The notes under the pieces were generated by a model. The model saw only the letters and a list, made by a program, of their open reading frames with translations. It ran no database searches and was not told where the DNA came from. 41,767 bases of DNA. Source: Campylobacterota bacterium (lineage in GTDB: Bacteria > Campylobacterota > Campylobacteria > Campylobacterales > Sulfurovaceae). Below are positions 18,195 through 28,308 of this stretch, in pieces (positions within the stretch are counted from its first letter, which is position 1; every line of letters begins with the position of its first letter). The translations under genes were made by a program, and so were the position numbers. The stretch covers positions 1 through 41,767 of the forward strand of contig JAYEOM010000069.1 of NCBI GenBank assembly GCA_034722955.1. Direction: 5' to 3'.

Positions 18195-19481
18195 ATTTTC
18201 AATCCCATCGAAAGCTACATCTACTACTCTATCTATCTCATCATAACTGATAATATATGGTGGCATTATATATATGATATACCCCAATGGGCGGAGAAGC
18301 ACACCATGATCTAATCCATATTGATAAACCTTGAGTCCTATCCGCTCTTCCGGGGCATATCCCTCTAGCTCAATAGCTGCGACCATTCCGGTCTGTCGTA
18401 CCTCTTTGACATTGGGCAGGCTCTCGAATGCTTTGAGTCTCTCTGCTATGTAGGCACTTTTTTTTCTATTCTCTCCTAATATATCCTCCTGCTCAAAGAT
18501 ATCGAGTGTAGCCAATGCTGCACTGCAGGCTAGAGGATTGCCTGTATAGCTGTGTGAATGCAAGAAAGCTTTGTGTTCACTATAGTCACAATAGAATGCA
18601 CTATAGATATCATCGGTAGTCATGACAACAGAGAGGGGCAGGTAACCACCCGTCAATCCCTTGGAGAGGCACATCATATCGGGGGTTATCCCTGCTTGGT
18701 CACAACCAAACATCGTCCCTGTTCTGCCAAATCCTGTCATGATCTCATCTGCTATCAGATGCAGACCATGCTCTTTGGTCAATGCTCTAGCACCCTTGAG
18801 GTAGTCGGGGTGATACATATGCATACCTCCCGCTCCCTGAATAAGCGGCTCTAGTATCAGTGCAGCTATCTCATCCCCTCTATCATCAAGAAGCTTAGAG
18901 AGTGCCTCTAGTGCCTCTTTCGCACTCTGGAGACTCTGATCTTTAGGAACTGGAGTCTGAATACACTCTATCAACAGTGGAGCATATGTCTCTTTATAGA
19001 GTGCTACATCACCCACACTCAAGGCACCTAGTGTTTCACCATGATAACTATTGGTCAGAGAGAGAAATAGTGAACGATCCTCCCCTCTGTTACGATGGTA
19101 GTGATAACTCATCTTCAAGGCAACCTCTACCGCACTAGAGCCATTATCCGCAAAAAATAGTTTCTGCAGACCATCCGGTGTCAGCTTGACCAACCTTTTA
19201 GCCAAGGTAACTGCCGGTTCATGTGTAAAACCTGCCAAAATAACATGCTCTAGCGTATCTAGCTGCTCTTTTACTCTTTGATTAATTTTGGGATTGGCAT
19301 GTCCGAAGATATTGACCCACCAGCTACTGATCGCATCAATATATCGATTTCCATCAAAATCATAGAGATAGACCCCTTTACCTGATTTGATAGGTATCAA
19401 TGGGAGTACTTCATGATCTTTCATCTGTGTACAGGGGTGCCAAATATAGTTTAAGTCCTCTTCTATTATCATATTATTCAT
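18177..19481 (-). CDS. bioA: Adenosylmethionine-8-amino-7-oxononanoate aminotransferase
   Basis: IWHPCTQM, DAISSWWVN, DEIMTGFGRTG, SKGLTGGYLP, HSHSYTGNP. Confidence 0.96.
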   Translation of the reverse strand: MNNMIIEEDLNYIWHPCTQMKDHEVLPLIPIKSGKGVYLYDFDGNRYIDAISSWWVNIFGHANPKINQRVKEQLDTLEHVILAGFTHEPAVTLAKRLVKLTPDGLQKLFFADNGSSAVEVALKMSYHYHRNRGEDRSLFLSLTNSYHGETLGALSVGDVALYKETYAPLLIECIQTPVPKDQSLQSAKEALEALSKLLDDRGDEIAALILEPLIQGAGGMHMYHPDYLKGARALTKEHGLHLIADEIMTGFGRTGTMFGCDQAGITPDMMCLSKGLTGGYLPLSVVMTTDDIYSAFYCDYSEHKAFLHSHSYTGNPLACSAALATLDIFEQEDILGENRKKSAYIAERLKAFESLPNVKEVRQTGMVAAIELEGYAPEERIGLKVYQYGLDHGVLLRPLGYIIYIMPPYIISYDEIDRVVDVAFDGIENLTRNI

Positions 19482-19606
19482 AAACCTCTCCTACTTTATA
19501 AATGATTTATCTAAAATAATCAACCATATTTAACCACAAGTTGACTAAAATATTAAAAAATTTTAACCGTAGGGTACACTATAAACCCTGAAGAAGGCAG
19601 AAAAGA

Positions 19607-21073
19607 ATGATAAGTTGGATGCAAAAACACAACAAATACCTGATCGTAACCATTTGGATCGCTACAATCGCATTTATTGGTGCAGGATTTGTTGGCTGGG
19701 GTAGCTATCAGTATGGGGCAAAAGCTGGAGCTATTGGTAAAGTTGGAGATATAGAGATAACCAAAGAGGCATTTGATTTAGCTTATGGAGATACTTATCA
19801 ACGCTACAACCAGATGATGCAGGGAAAACTTGATGAGAAAAAAGCTAGAGAGATGGGACTTGCACAGCAGACATTTTCTACTTTGGCGGCACAGGCTCTA
19901 CTGCTTAACTTAGCTAAAGAGTTTGGTATTGTTGTCTCTGATGAAGAGATACTCGAACAGCTGCACAAGATCGGCTCCTTTCAAAAGAGTGGGAAATTTA
20001 ACAAAACCATCTATGAAGGATTTCTAAAAAGTCGTCGTCTAAAGGCAAAAACATTTGAAAAGGTCATTCACGAACAGACTATTATTCAAAAACTATTTAC
20101 TCTCTTAGGTGTCAAAAGCTTACCATTTGAGAGAGAGGTGCTTAGTGCAGCGATATCAGTCTCAGACAAAATTGCATATAAGGTTCTAACCTCCAAAGAT
20201 ATCAACTTAACCACAGATGAGAAACAACTCAAAAGCTACTGGGAGAGTCAAAAAAGCTCATATATGACACCCAAAAAATATCTATTGGATATTCTCTGGA
20301 CAGAGAGTGCCGATACTGTTGTATCCGAAGAGGAGATAGCAGAGTTCTACAAAGAGAACAGCTATAACTATATCGATCAAGAGGGCAAACAGCTTCAGCT
20401 AGAGGAGGCTAAAGAGAGAGTCATTGCTGATACAAAGATGAAAAAATCTAAAAAGAGTGCTCAAAAACAGTATATAGCTTACAAAAAAGGGAAGAGCCAA
20501 AAGAGCCAAACGCTAACTCTTGCACTAGATGATCAGGCGTTGACAGCTGAAGCTTGGAAAGAGATTCAGATCAAAGATATCAATAGTATCTTAAAGCCAA
20601 AAGCGATAGGTAGCCGATATGCTACGATCAAAGTTGTTCAAATGATAGATCCTAAAGAGATGAGTTTTGAAGAAGCTAAACCTCTAGTAACGGTAGAGTA
20701 TGAAAAAACATCTACTACTGAGGCTTTGACAACACTAGCCGAGTCAACACTCAAGGGGTTTGATGAGAGCAATGCAACTCTCTCTGATTTTGTTACACTT
20801 GATAGCAGAGTTACATTAACCCCACTTGATGCTCAGGAAACTCTAAAATTTCTACAAAAACTATTTACTTCTCAGAAAGAAAAGGGTATCATAACGATAG
20901 GAAAAAAAGTGATAGTTTATAATATCATAGAACAGAAGATGGGAATGGACAATAGTAGTACAGAATTTATCAAAAATAGTACAGAGCAGATAAAAATAGA
21001 GGATTTTCAATCCAATCTTCTCAAAAGTTTAGATAAAAAATACAAAACCCAAAAATTTGTGGAAGGAATATAA
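19607..21073 (+). CDS. ppiD: PpiD/SurA N-terminal domain periplasmic chaperone
   Basis: MISWMQKH...IAFIGAGFVGWG N-terminus; conserved position upstream of ftsA. Confidence 0.8.
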   Translation: MISWMQKHNKYLIVTIWIATIAFIGAGFVGWGSYQYGAKAGAIGKVGDIEITKEAFDLAYGDTYQRYNQMMQGKLDEKKAREMGLAQQTFSTLAAQALLLNLAKEFGIVVSDEEILEQLHKIGSFQKSGKFNKTIYEGFLKSRRLKAKTFEKVIHEQTIIQKLFTLLGVKSLPFEREVLSAAISVSDKIAYKVLTSKDINLTTDEKQLKSYWESQKSSYMTPKKYLLDILWTESADTVVSEEEIAEFYKENSYNYIDQEGKQLQLEEAKERVIADTKMKKSKKSAQKQYIAYKKGKSQKSQTLTLALDDQALTAEAWKEIQIKDINSILKPKAIGSRYATIKVVQMIDPKEMSFEEAKPLVTVEYEKTSTTEALTTLAESTLKGFDESNATLSDFVTLDSRVTLTPLDAQETLKFLQKLFTSQKEKGIITIGKKVIVYNIIEQKMGMDNSSTEFIKNSTEQIKIEDFQSNLLKSLDKKYKTQKFVEGI

Positions 21074-21074
21074 C

Positions 21075-22499
21075 TTGAATGAAAGAATTTTAGCAATTGA
21101 TATCGGCTCAACTAAAAACTGTGCCATAATTGCCGAGATCAATAACAACAGAATTCAAATTATTGGTCATGGGATCTCAAGGTCTCAAGGTGTCAAGAAA
21201 GGTATCATTACAAATATCGAGCTTGCATCAAAATCGATCAAAAAAGCTATCAATGATGCAAAAAGGATCTCTGGAAGCACCATAACCACAGCAACTATCT
21301 CAATATCCAATGCTTATGCCAAGAGTATCAATGCAACTGGTATCATCAATATACCTCACAAAGATATCTCTCTCAAAGAGATAGAGAGAGTCATACATAC
21401 AGCACAATATAATGCAAATGTGCCAACTGAATATGATATTGTCCATATACTTCCGTATAACTTCAAAGTAGATGATCAGGATTTCATCGAAGATCCTTAT
21501 GGGATGAATGCCAGCAGGATGGAGGTCAATGTAAACATTATAATGACCCAAAAATCAAGTCTCAGCAATCTGAAAAAAGCTGTCCGCTCTGCAGGTGTAG
21601 AGATAGATGGAATTGTACTGAGTGGTTATGCATCTGCTATTGCGACTATGGGCGAAGATGAGAAAGAGTTGGGTGTAGCAGTGATAGATATGGGTGGACA
21701 GACAAGCAATCTGATCATACATACAGGAAATTCTGTCAGATACAATGACTTCCTTGGTGTAGGATCTAACCACATAACAAATGATCTCTCCATGGCACTG
21801 CATACACCTCTGCAAGCTGCAGAGAGTGTAAAACTGCAATACGGTAATCTTATCAACAGTGATACAGATACTATTGAGCTACCAGTCATAGGTGATGAAG
21901 AGAGTAAAAATGAAGTCTCTCTTGAAATTGTTCATGCTGTCATCTTTGCTAGAGTAGAGGAGGCACTTATGATTCTCTCAAAATCACTTGACAAAAGTCT
22001 CCTCAAAGAGCAGATCGGTGCAGGTCTGATTTTGACAGGGGGAATGACCAAACTCAAAGGCATGAGAGAGTTGGCACAAGCTATATTTGATGGGATGCCT
22101 GTAAGGGTAGCACAACCTGATGAGAGGGTGATAGGAGGGCTTTTTGAAGAGCTCAAAGATCCAGCTTTCTCGACGATCATCGGTCTACTCTTCTATAAGT
22201 CTAGGAAACATACTGAGTATGAGATCAACACAAACAATGAACTCCTGCACTCAAAACATATGCAGACGGACTCTCTATCTAACCTAGAGCCACCCAAGGT
22301 AGAAGAGGAGTATAGCGATGATATGTTAGCTAAAACAAATCTAGGCAATATAGAGCTGGGTGAAACTATCAAAGCTGCAGAGACCAAACAGAAACAAAAA
22401 GAGGTAGATACATTTATATTTGAACGATTGCCTAGCGATCCAACTGAGAAGAGCAGTTCTTTTAAAAAGCTTGCCAATTGGGCGAGACAATTATTTTAA
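21075..22499 (+). CDS. ftsA: Cell division protein FtsA
   Basis: AIDIGSTK, IDMGGQT, ILTGG actin-like motifs; probable TTG start. Confidence 0.96.
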   Translation: MNERILAIDIGSTKNCAIIAEINNNRIQIIGHGISRSQGVKKGIITNIELASKSIKKAINDAKRISGSTITTATISISNAYAKSINATGIINIPHKDISLKEIERVIHTAQYNANVPTEYDIVHILPYNFKVDDQDFIEDPYGMNASRMEVNVNIIMTQKSSLSNLKKAVRSAGVEIDGIVLSGYASAIATMGEDEKELGVAVIDMGGQTSNLIIHTGNSVRYNDFLGVGSNHITNDLSMALHTPLQAAESVKLQYGNLINSDTDTIELPVIGDEESKNEVSLEIVHAVIFARVEEALMILSKSLDKSLLKEQIGAGLILTGGMTKLKGMRELAQAIFDGMPVRVAQPDERVIGGLFEELKDPAFSTIIGLLFYKSRKHTEYEINTNNELLHSKHMQTDSLSNLEPPKVEEEYSDDMLAKTNLGNIELGETIKAAETKQKQKEVDTFIFERLPSDPTEKSSSFKKLANWARQLF

Positions 22500-22519
22500 T
22501 GATAGAGGAGGAGAGAGAA

Positions 22520-23692
22520 ATGGAAGAGTATTTTGAGATAGAAGTGATAGAGACATCCACAGAGACCAATGGTGCCAAGATAAAAGCTATCGGTGTAGGT
22601 GGCGGTGGCGGCAATATGATCAATCATATGATCAATGAGGGTATTCACAATATTGATATGATTGTTGCCAATACAGATGCACAAGCACTTCAGTCATCTT
22701 TGGCTCCTCTGAAACTGCAACTTGGGATAAATGCAACACGCGGTTTGGGTGCAGGAATGGTTCCAGACAAAGGAAGAGAAGCTGCTCTGGAGAGTTTCGA
22801 AGATATTAAATCTATGTTAGATGGCTCTGATATTGTTTTCATCTCTGCTGGTCTTGGCGGAGGGACTGGTACAGGAGCTGCACCTGTCATTGCACAAGCA
22901 GCAAAAGATGTCGGTGCATTGACTGTCTCTATCGTTACAAGTCCTTTTAAGTTTGAGGGTCGCAAACGAACAAAACTTGCAAAAGAGGGTCTTGAAGAGC
23001 TCAAGATGGAGAGTGATTGTATCATCGTTGTACCAAACGAAAAACTCTTGGCAGTTGTCGAAAAAAATCTAGGTATCAAGGAGAGTTTCAAGCTTGTAGA
23101 TGATATCCTATCTCAGGCAGTAGGAGGGATCTCCAATGTTATCCTATCTCATGGTGAAAATGATATCAATCTTGACTTTGCAGATGTGAAAACTATTATG
23201 AGCCATAGAGGACTTGCCTTGATGGGTGTAGGATACAGTTCAGGGAGCAGTGCAGCGTATGATGCAGCAAAAGCTGCGATCGAATCACCACTGCTTGACA
23301 ATATCTCTATAGATGGTGCATTGGGTGTCTTGGTACACTTTGACATTCATCCAGACTACCCGATATTGGAAATATCATCGGCTATGAATATCGTAGAAGA
23401 GCATGCTGATGAGGATGCTAGTGTTATATTTGGAACAACAACAAACCCAGATATGGATATAGAAGAGGTGAAGATCACTATTATTGCTACAGGTTTTGAT
23501 GGATATATGGAGAGAGCAGCATCTGCAAATTCAAAGCCAGAAACTACAGCAGCACTTCTCAACTCTGTGGGAAAGTCATCAGCCAATCCTCTACCACCGA
23601 GAGCGATTAGTAGAAAGGTTGTAGGTGCAGACTATGGTGAACATGAAGATATACTTGATGTTCCAACATTCCTCAGAAAGCAGATGGATTAG
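22520..23692 (+). CDS. ftsZ: Cell division protein FtsZ
   Basis: GVGGGGGN, GLGGGTGTG, INLDFADV, C-terminal LDVPTFLRKQMD. Confidence 0.98.
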   Translation: MEEYFEIEVIETSTETNGAKIKAIGVGGGGGNMINHMINEGIHNIDMIVANTDAQALQSSLAPLKLQLGINATRGLGAGMVPDKGREAALESFEDIKSMLDGSDIVFISAGLGGGTGTGAAPVIAQAAKDVGALTVSIVTSPFKFEGRKRTKLAKEGLEELKMESDCIIVVPNEKLLAVVEKNLGIKESFKLVDDILSQAVGGISNVILSHGENDINLDFADVKTIMSHRGLALMGVGYSSGSSAAYDAAKAAIESPLLDNISIDGALGVLVHFDIHPDYPILEISSAMNIVEEHADEDASVIFGTTTNPDMDIEEVKITIIATGFDGYMERAASANSKPETTAALLNSVGKSSANPLPPRAISRKVVGADYGEHEDILDVPTFLRKQMD

Positions 23693-23837
23693 AGATCTCC
23701 TCTCTCTTCTCCGCTTTCTCCCTCGCTTTTTCTTCTTAGGAGCAATAGGCATTTATCTGTTTTTTACTCCTTAATTAAACTTTTTTTGCTATGATTAGCT
23801 CCATAATTACTTTACAATCAATATAGAAGGAACAACA

Positions 23838-24425
23838 ATGAAATACCTCAGAAAACTCTCTGATTATGCTCTCGTGAGTGGTGTCGGTGCCCTGCTTGCA
23901 ACAGGATTGACAGGATGTCAAGATAACACTGCCGAAACTGCTCCACAAGCCGAAGCGACTGCTAAAGGAGCCTTTGTCATCATAGAAGAGACGACTGCCG
24001 GCAAATATGTAATCAAAGATGAATTTCCATCCGAAGAGACAAGAATAGTTCTCAAAACTTTAGATGGTACAGAGAAAGTATTGACCAAGGAGGAGCTAGA
24101 TGCTCTCATGCAAGAGGAGAATGCCAAGATAGATAATGGCACATCCGAACTAACAAAGCCCAGAGAGGAGCAGGTCAGCTCTCAGGGGATGGGACTTGGA
24201 GAGACTATCTTGGCAAGTGCAGCAGGTGCTATGCTAGGTGCCTGGATTGGGAGTAAACTCTTTGGAAATTCAAACTATCAAAACAATAGAAAAGCAAGTT
24301 ATAAATCTCCATCTACATACTCCAAGAGCAACAAGAGTTTCAACAAATCAGGCTCCTCAGGCACATCTGGCAAATCAGGTAAAAGTGGTTATTTTGGAGG
24401 CAAATCAGCCTCCAATGGTGGTTAA
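23838..24425 (+). CDS. UPF0323 family lipoprotein
   Basis: LTGC lipobox, GAFVIIEE, Gly/Ser-rich tail; adjacent to the Gsp-synthase-like gene. Confidence 0.85.
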   Translation: MKYLRKLSDYALVSGVGALLATGLTGCQDNTAETAPQAEATAKGAFVIIEETTAGKYVIKDEFPSEETRIVLKTLDGTEKVLTKEELDALMQEENAKIDNGTSELTKPREEQVSSQGMGLGETILASAAGAMLGAWIGSKLFGNSNYQNNRKASYKSPSTYSKSNKSFNKSGSSGTSGKSGKSGYFGGKSASNGG

Positions 24426-24428
24426 GCG

Positions 24429-25610
24429 ATGGTATCCCTTCAGCAAACCCAGTCACTCGACCTTGATTATCTGGAGTCTTTAGGTTTTGCCTGGCATACG
24501 GATGAAGATGAGACACCTTATGTCTCTGACCAGCTAGTGGTACTCTCCGAAGAGGAGGCAGAGGCCTACTATGAGGCAGGCAATCTACTATATGAGATGT
24601 TTATAGAGGCTGGAGAGTATGTAGTAGAGAACAATCTATTCCATGAGATCGGTATTCCATTTAACCTAGTAGACCTCATAAAGGAGTCATGGGAAAATGA
24701 TGTCCACTGGCACATCTACGGTAGATTTGACCTTGCAGGTGGTATCGACAGTAGAGATATCAAACTTTTGGAGTTCAATGCTGACACCCCTACGGCACTC
24801 TTTGAGACAGCGATAGTACAGTGGGCTATACTCAAACAGAACGATCTTGAAGAGGAGAGTCAATTCAATACTCTCTATGATTCACTTGTCGACAACTTCA
24901 AACGAACGGTTACACTCGAAGAGAGTGTAGATAATTTCGATGATCTCTATGATGGATGGAAATTTCTATTTACCTCCATCAAGGACAATATCGAAGAGGA
25001 GAATACAGTAAGACTTCTACAGCACATTGCGCATGAGGCAGGATTTGATACTGAGTTTGCCTATATTGATGATATAGAGTTTAGCGATGAGGAGGGTATT
25101 GTCTATGAGGGAGAGGAGTATGAACTCTGGTTCAAGCTCATCCCTTGGGAGGATATAGCACTAGAGGAGCCAGATTTGGCAATGCTACTCAAAAACATCA
25201 TCCAAAACCAAAAAGCTATCATATTTAACCCTGCTTATACTCTCATGTTTCAAAGCAAAGGGATACTCAAGATCCTCTGGGATCTCTATCCAAACCACCC
25301 TCTTCTACTAGAGAGTTCATTTGAGCCGCTAGAGGATCAAAGACAGGTTGTCAAACCTGTCTTTGGAAGAGAGGGTGAAAGTGTTACGATACTCGATGGA
25401 GATGGCTCTATAGTCGCAGAAGCATCAGGAGCCTATGAGAATCATAAGATGCTCTATCAAGCATACACAGAACTCCCAACAGACCAGTCAGGTACCAGCT
25501 ACCAAGCCGGACTCTTCTATGTCTATGAGTCATGTGCAGTAGGCTTTAGAAAAGGTGGTCTTATCTTGGATAATATGTCCAAATTCATAGGGCATATAGT
25601 CCGATCATAA
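24429..25610 (+). CDS. Glutathionylspermidine synthase family ATP-grasp protein
   Basis: YGRFDL, LLEFNADTPT, FKLIPWE, KPVFGREG. Confidence 0.92.
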   Translation: MVSLQQTQSLDLDYLESLGFAWHTDEDETPYVSDQLVVLSEEEAEAYYEAGNLLYEMFIEAGEYVVENNLFHEIGIPFNLVDLIKESWENDVHWHIYGRFDLAGGIDSRDIKLLEFNADTPTALFETAIVQWAILKQNDLEEESQFNTLYDSLVDNFKRTVTLEESVDNFDDLYDGWKFLFTSIKDNIEEENTVRLLQHIAHEAGFDTEFAYIDDIEFSDEEGIVYEGEEYELWFKLIPWEDIALEEPDLAMLLKNIIQNQKAIIFNPAYTLMFQSKGILKILWDLYPNHPLLLESSFEPLEDQRQVVKPVFGREGESVTILDGDGSIVAEASGAYENHKMLYQAYTELPTDQSGTSYQAGLFYVYESCAVGFRKGGLILDNMSKFIGHIVRS

Positions 25611-25613
25611 GGA

Positions 25614-25700
25614 GTATCAGTAGATACTAGGAGTGGTGTTGCGTGTTTTGTGAAGCGTAGCTGAATGAAACAGTCGACACATGACCCCTGCTGTGCTAGT
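25614..25700. other. Structured intergenic element (long imperfect hairpin with GC-GTA-GC minihairpin)
   Basis: ACTAG/CTAGT, GTGTTG/CGACAC, TGTTTT/GAAACA and AGC-GTA-GCT pairings. Confidence 0.5.
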
Positions 25701-25912
25701 TTATGTTTCTCTAAAACATCTCTTTGAATTCATCAATATTAATCAGAGTAACTTTAGGAAAATCTGCCTCTTTTAAGACATCAAAGTGTCTACAATTAGA
25801 AACCAATACAATATTTGTATCTAAAACAACCCTAAATCTATTTTTCATTTAGCCATCTGTCCATTTCGTTGTTATCAAAATTTTTTGCATCCCAAATAGT
25901 ATCTGCTTTAGG

Positions 25913-27226
25913 CTACCTCTCTCCTCTGATCTGATAAGTGATATCTCCTGCTCCAAATGCGGTGACTAGTCCTTCCGAGAACTCTTTGACGATATGACCA
26001 TCTTTGAGTACTTTGACTATGCCATCTTCTCTAGTCACGCTATCTGCCATGGTGAGATTGTATCTGCTGAAAGCTCCCTTGAGATCTATATCTACCTTTA
26101 GCTCTCCTGCTGACCATATCGGCAGTATTACCAGCTCATCAGCTCCCTCAAAACACTCTACAAAACCAGCGAGGTTATCCATCGTTCGGCTATATTTGTG
26201 AGGTTGCCAAATGATCTTCATCTGTCTAAAGTCACGCAGTGATGCATACTCTTGAAGGGATTGCATTGTCGCTTTGATTTCAGTGGGATGGTGTCCATAG
26301 TCATCTATAACGGCTATATTTTCTCTGTTTTGTATGATATCAAATCGTTTTTTGATCCCTTTGTAGTGCAGAAGATTGAGACGGATATCTTCGGTATCGG
26401 CACCTAGCTCCATAGCTGCCAATATAGCCAGTGCAGCATCCAATGCGATATGCTCACCAAGACCAAAGAGATCAAATATGCCTAAATCCAGCAGTTCAAA
26501 TCTAGTATGAGGCTCTCCATCTATGAGGATATAATGAATATTGCGTATATCTCTGCTCGGATATAGCTTGATACTATCATCGTCCAGAGAGGCTAGAAAC
26601 TCATCCTCTGCATTGATCACTCGAAGTGGTGCGAGAGACAAAAACTTTCGATAGGCATTGTAAAAACGCTCTTCATCATACTCATAGTACTCCATATGCT
26701 CAGGCTCTACATTGGTCACGATCGCTAGATATGGATTGGAGTTTAGGAAGCTCTCGTCGCTCTCATCAGCTTCAAACACCACTCTATTGTTCTCATAATC
26801 TCTTACATTGGAACCAAACTCTTTGGAGATAGCACCGATGAGTGCATTGGTATAGGGCAGGATCGAAGAGAGGATTGCTGATGTTGTACTTTTGCCATGG
26901 GCACCGCCTACAGCATAGACCTCCTTCTCTCCCAAAATAGAGATGAGAGCATCTTTGCGAGAGAGTAGCTCTATACCAAGAGCTTCTGCATTTTGATACT
27001 CTGGATTGTTTTTGCGTACGGCGGCAGAGTAGATCACTCTATCAACCCCTTCAACCGCCTCCTTATGGTGAGGGATGGTGATTTTGGCATGGTAATTAGT
27101 CGCTAAGTCATTGGTGATTTCACTCTGTCTGATATCAGATCCACTGATCGTATGCCCGTCATTGGCAAGAAACTTTGCCAATGCAGAGAGTCCTATCCCG
27201 CCAATGCCGATAAAATGAATCTTCAT
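25913..27226 (-). CDS. murC: UDP-N-acetylmuramate--L-alanine ligase
   Basis: IHFIGIGGIGLS, GAHGKSTT, EADESD, DDYGHHPTEI. Confidence 0.97.
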   Translation of the reverse strand: MKIHFIGIGGIGLSALAKFLANDGHTISGSDIRQSEITNDLATNYHAKITIPHHKEAVEGVDRVIYSAAVRKNNPEYQNAEALGIELLSRKDALISILGEKEVYAVGGAHGKSTTSAILSSILPYTNALIGAISKEFGSNVRDYENNRVVFEADESDESFLNSNPYLAIVTNVEPEHMEYYEYDEERFYNAYRKFLSLAPLRVINAEDEFLASLDDDSIKLYPSRDIRNIHYILIDGEPHTRFELLDLGIFDLFGLGEHIALDAALAILAAMELGADTEDIRLNLLHYKGIKKRFDIIQNRENIAVIDDYGHHPTEIKATMQSLQEYASLRDFRQMKIIWQPHKYSRTMDNLAGFVECFEGADELVILPIWSAGELKVDIDLKGAFSRYNLTMADSVTREDGIVKVLKDGHIVKEFSEGLVTAFGAGDITYQIRGER

Positions 27227-27227
27227 A

Positions 27228-27818
27228 CTATTTTTCTTCGAGAACTCTGAGCTCATCTTGTGCTTTGGTCACGAGGAGAGTGTTCTCTTGGAGGAAACGC
27301 TCTGTATTGATGTTGAAGTTGAGTAGGAAATAGGCAAGTTTATCTGTAACATCATATCTGCTCGTATCAGCAATCTCAGAGATAAAGGTATCAAAATCAT
27401 TGCCTTTCATCACAGAGACAGCATGAACCATCATAGAGTCTTTGAGTCGCTGCTCATCCACCATGTAGTGCAAGACTTGAAAGAGCTCCTTTGCACCCTT
27501 CATATCATTTTCACTATATCGTTCTATCGCATGCTCATAGATCGCCCTAGCAGCAAAGAGCTCCTCCTCTTTGGAGAGATCAAAGCCTTTTTGTTGGCTA
27601 AGATACTCTGCAAGTCTATCAAATGCCTCTTTGAGTATGAAAGTAAAGACCTCATTGATCTTCTCCTCATCTTCACTGACCAGCAGAAGTGCATCGAGGA
27701 GTTGATATGCTTTTTGGATACTCTTCTCATCTCTCATCTCCTCCTCTAGCAGTACCAGATTTGCCAAAAACTCCTCATTTTTTTTCAATGCTTCTATATC
27801 TATCTCTTCTTGTTGCAT
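27228..27818 (-). CDS. Conserved hypothetical helical protein
   Basis: 196-aa ORF with RBS, host-like codon usage, own TGTTAAAAT promoter (27845-27853, -), adjacent to murC. Confidence 0.8.
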   Translation of the reverse strand: MQQEEIDIEALKKNEEFLANLVLLEEEMRDEKSIQKAYQLLDALLLVSEDEEKINEVFTFILKEAFDRLAEYLSQQKGFDLSKEEELFAARAIYEHAIERYSENDMKGAKELFQVLHYMVDEQRLKDSMMVHAVSVMKGNDFDTFISEIADTSRYDVTDKLAYFLLNFNINTERFLQENTLLVTKAQDELRVLEEK

Positions 27819-27940
27819 GTTTTTCCTTTTTTAAACTAGATCAGATTTTAACATAAAAAAAGAGATATATCCCAACTTTAGTTAAAAATTAGCAAGATAA
27901 AGATATCATAAAACTACAATACCAAAAAAAGGATATGACG

Positions 27941-28282
27941 ATGAGTAGCAAAGATGAAAAGATAGCACTATACAGAGAGTTTGTCACTAGCCATAAGTTG
28001 ACACTTGATGATGAACTATTGGTGAAGGTCACTACAGGATTGGGACCATCTATCTACAATAAAAATTCTGAATTGATAGCATGCTCTCAAGCCACTGAGC
28101 TAGAGACAGTCAGAGAGAACTTTCTGAAGAAAAAACTTGGACTTACAGATAGTGATAGTGAACTTGACCAAGCTATAGAGGATGTATGCCAAGAGATAGG
28201 AAGCTCAGTCAAAAATAAATATAGAGCTGTATTCTATACCCTATTGGTGACTAAATTTAACAAACAGAGTGTCTACGCCTAA
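27941..28282 (+). CDS. DUF2853 family protein
   Basis: GLGPSIY, ELETVRENFLKKKLGL, KYRAVFY. Confidence 0.85.
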   Translation: MSSKDEKIALYREFVTSHKLTLDDELLVKVTTGLGPSIYNKNSELIACSQATELETVRENFLKKKLGLTDSDSELDQAIEDVCQEIGSSVKNKYRAVFYTLLVTKFNKQSVYA

Positions 28283-28308
28283 CCTCTAAACTTCTCTGAT
28301 GGAGGGAA

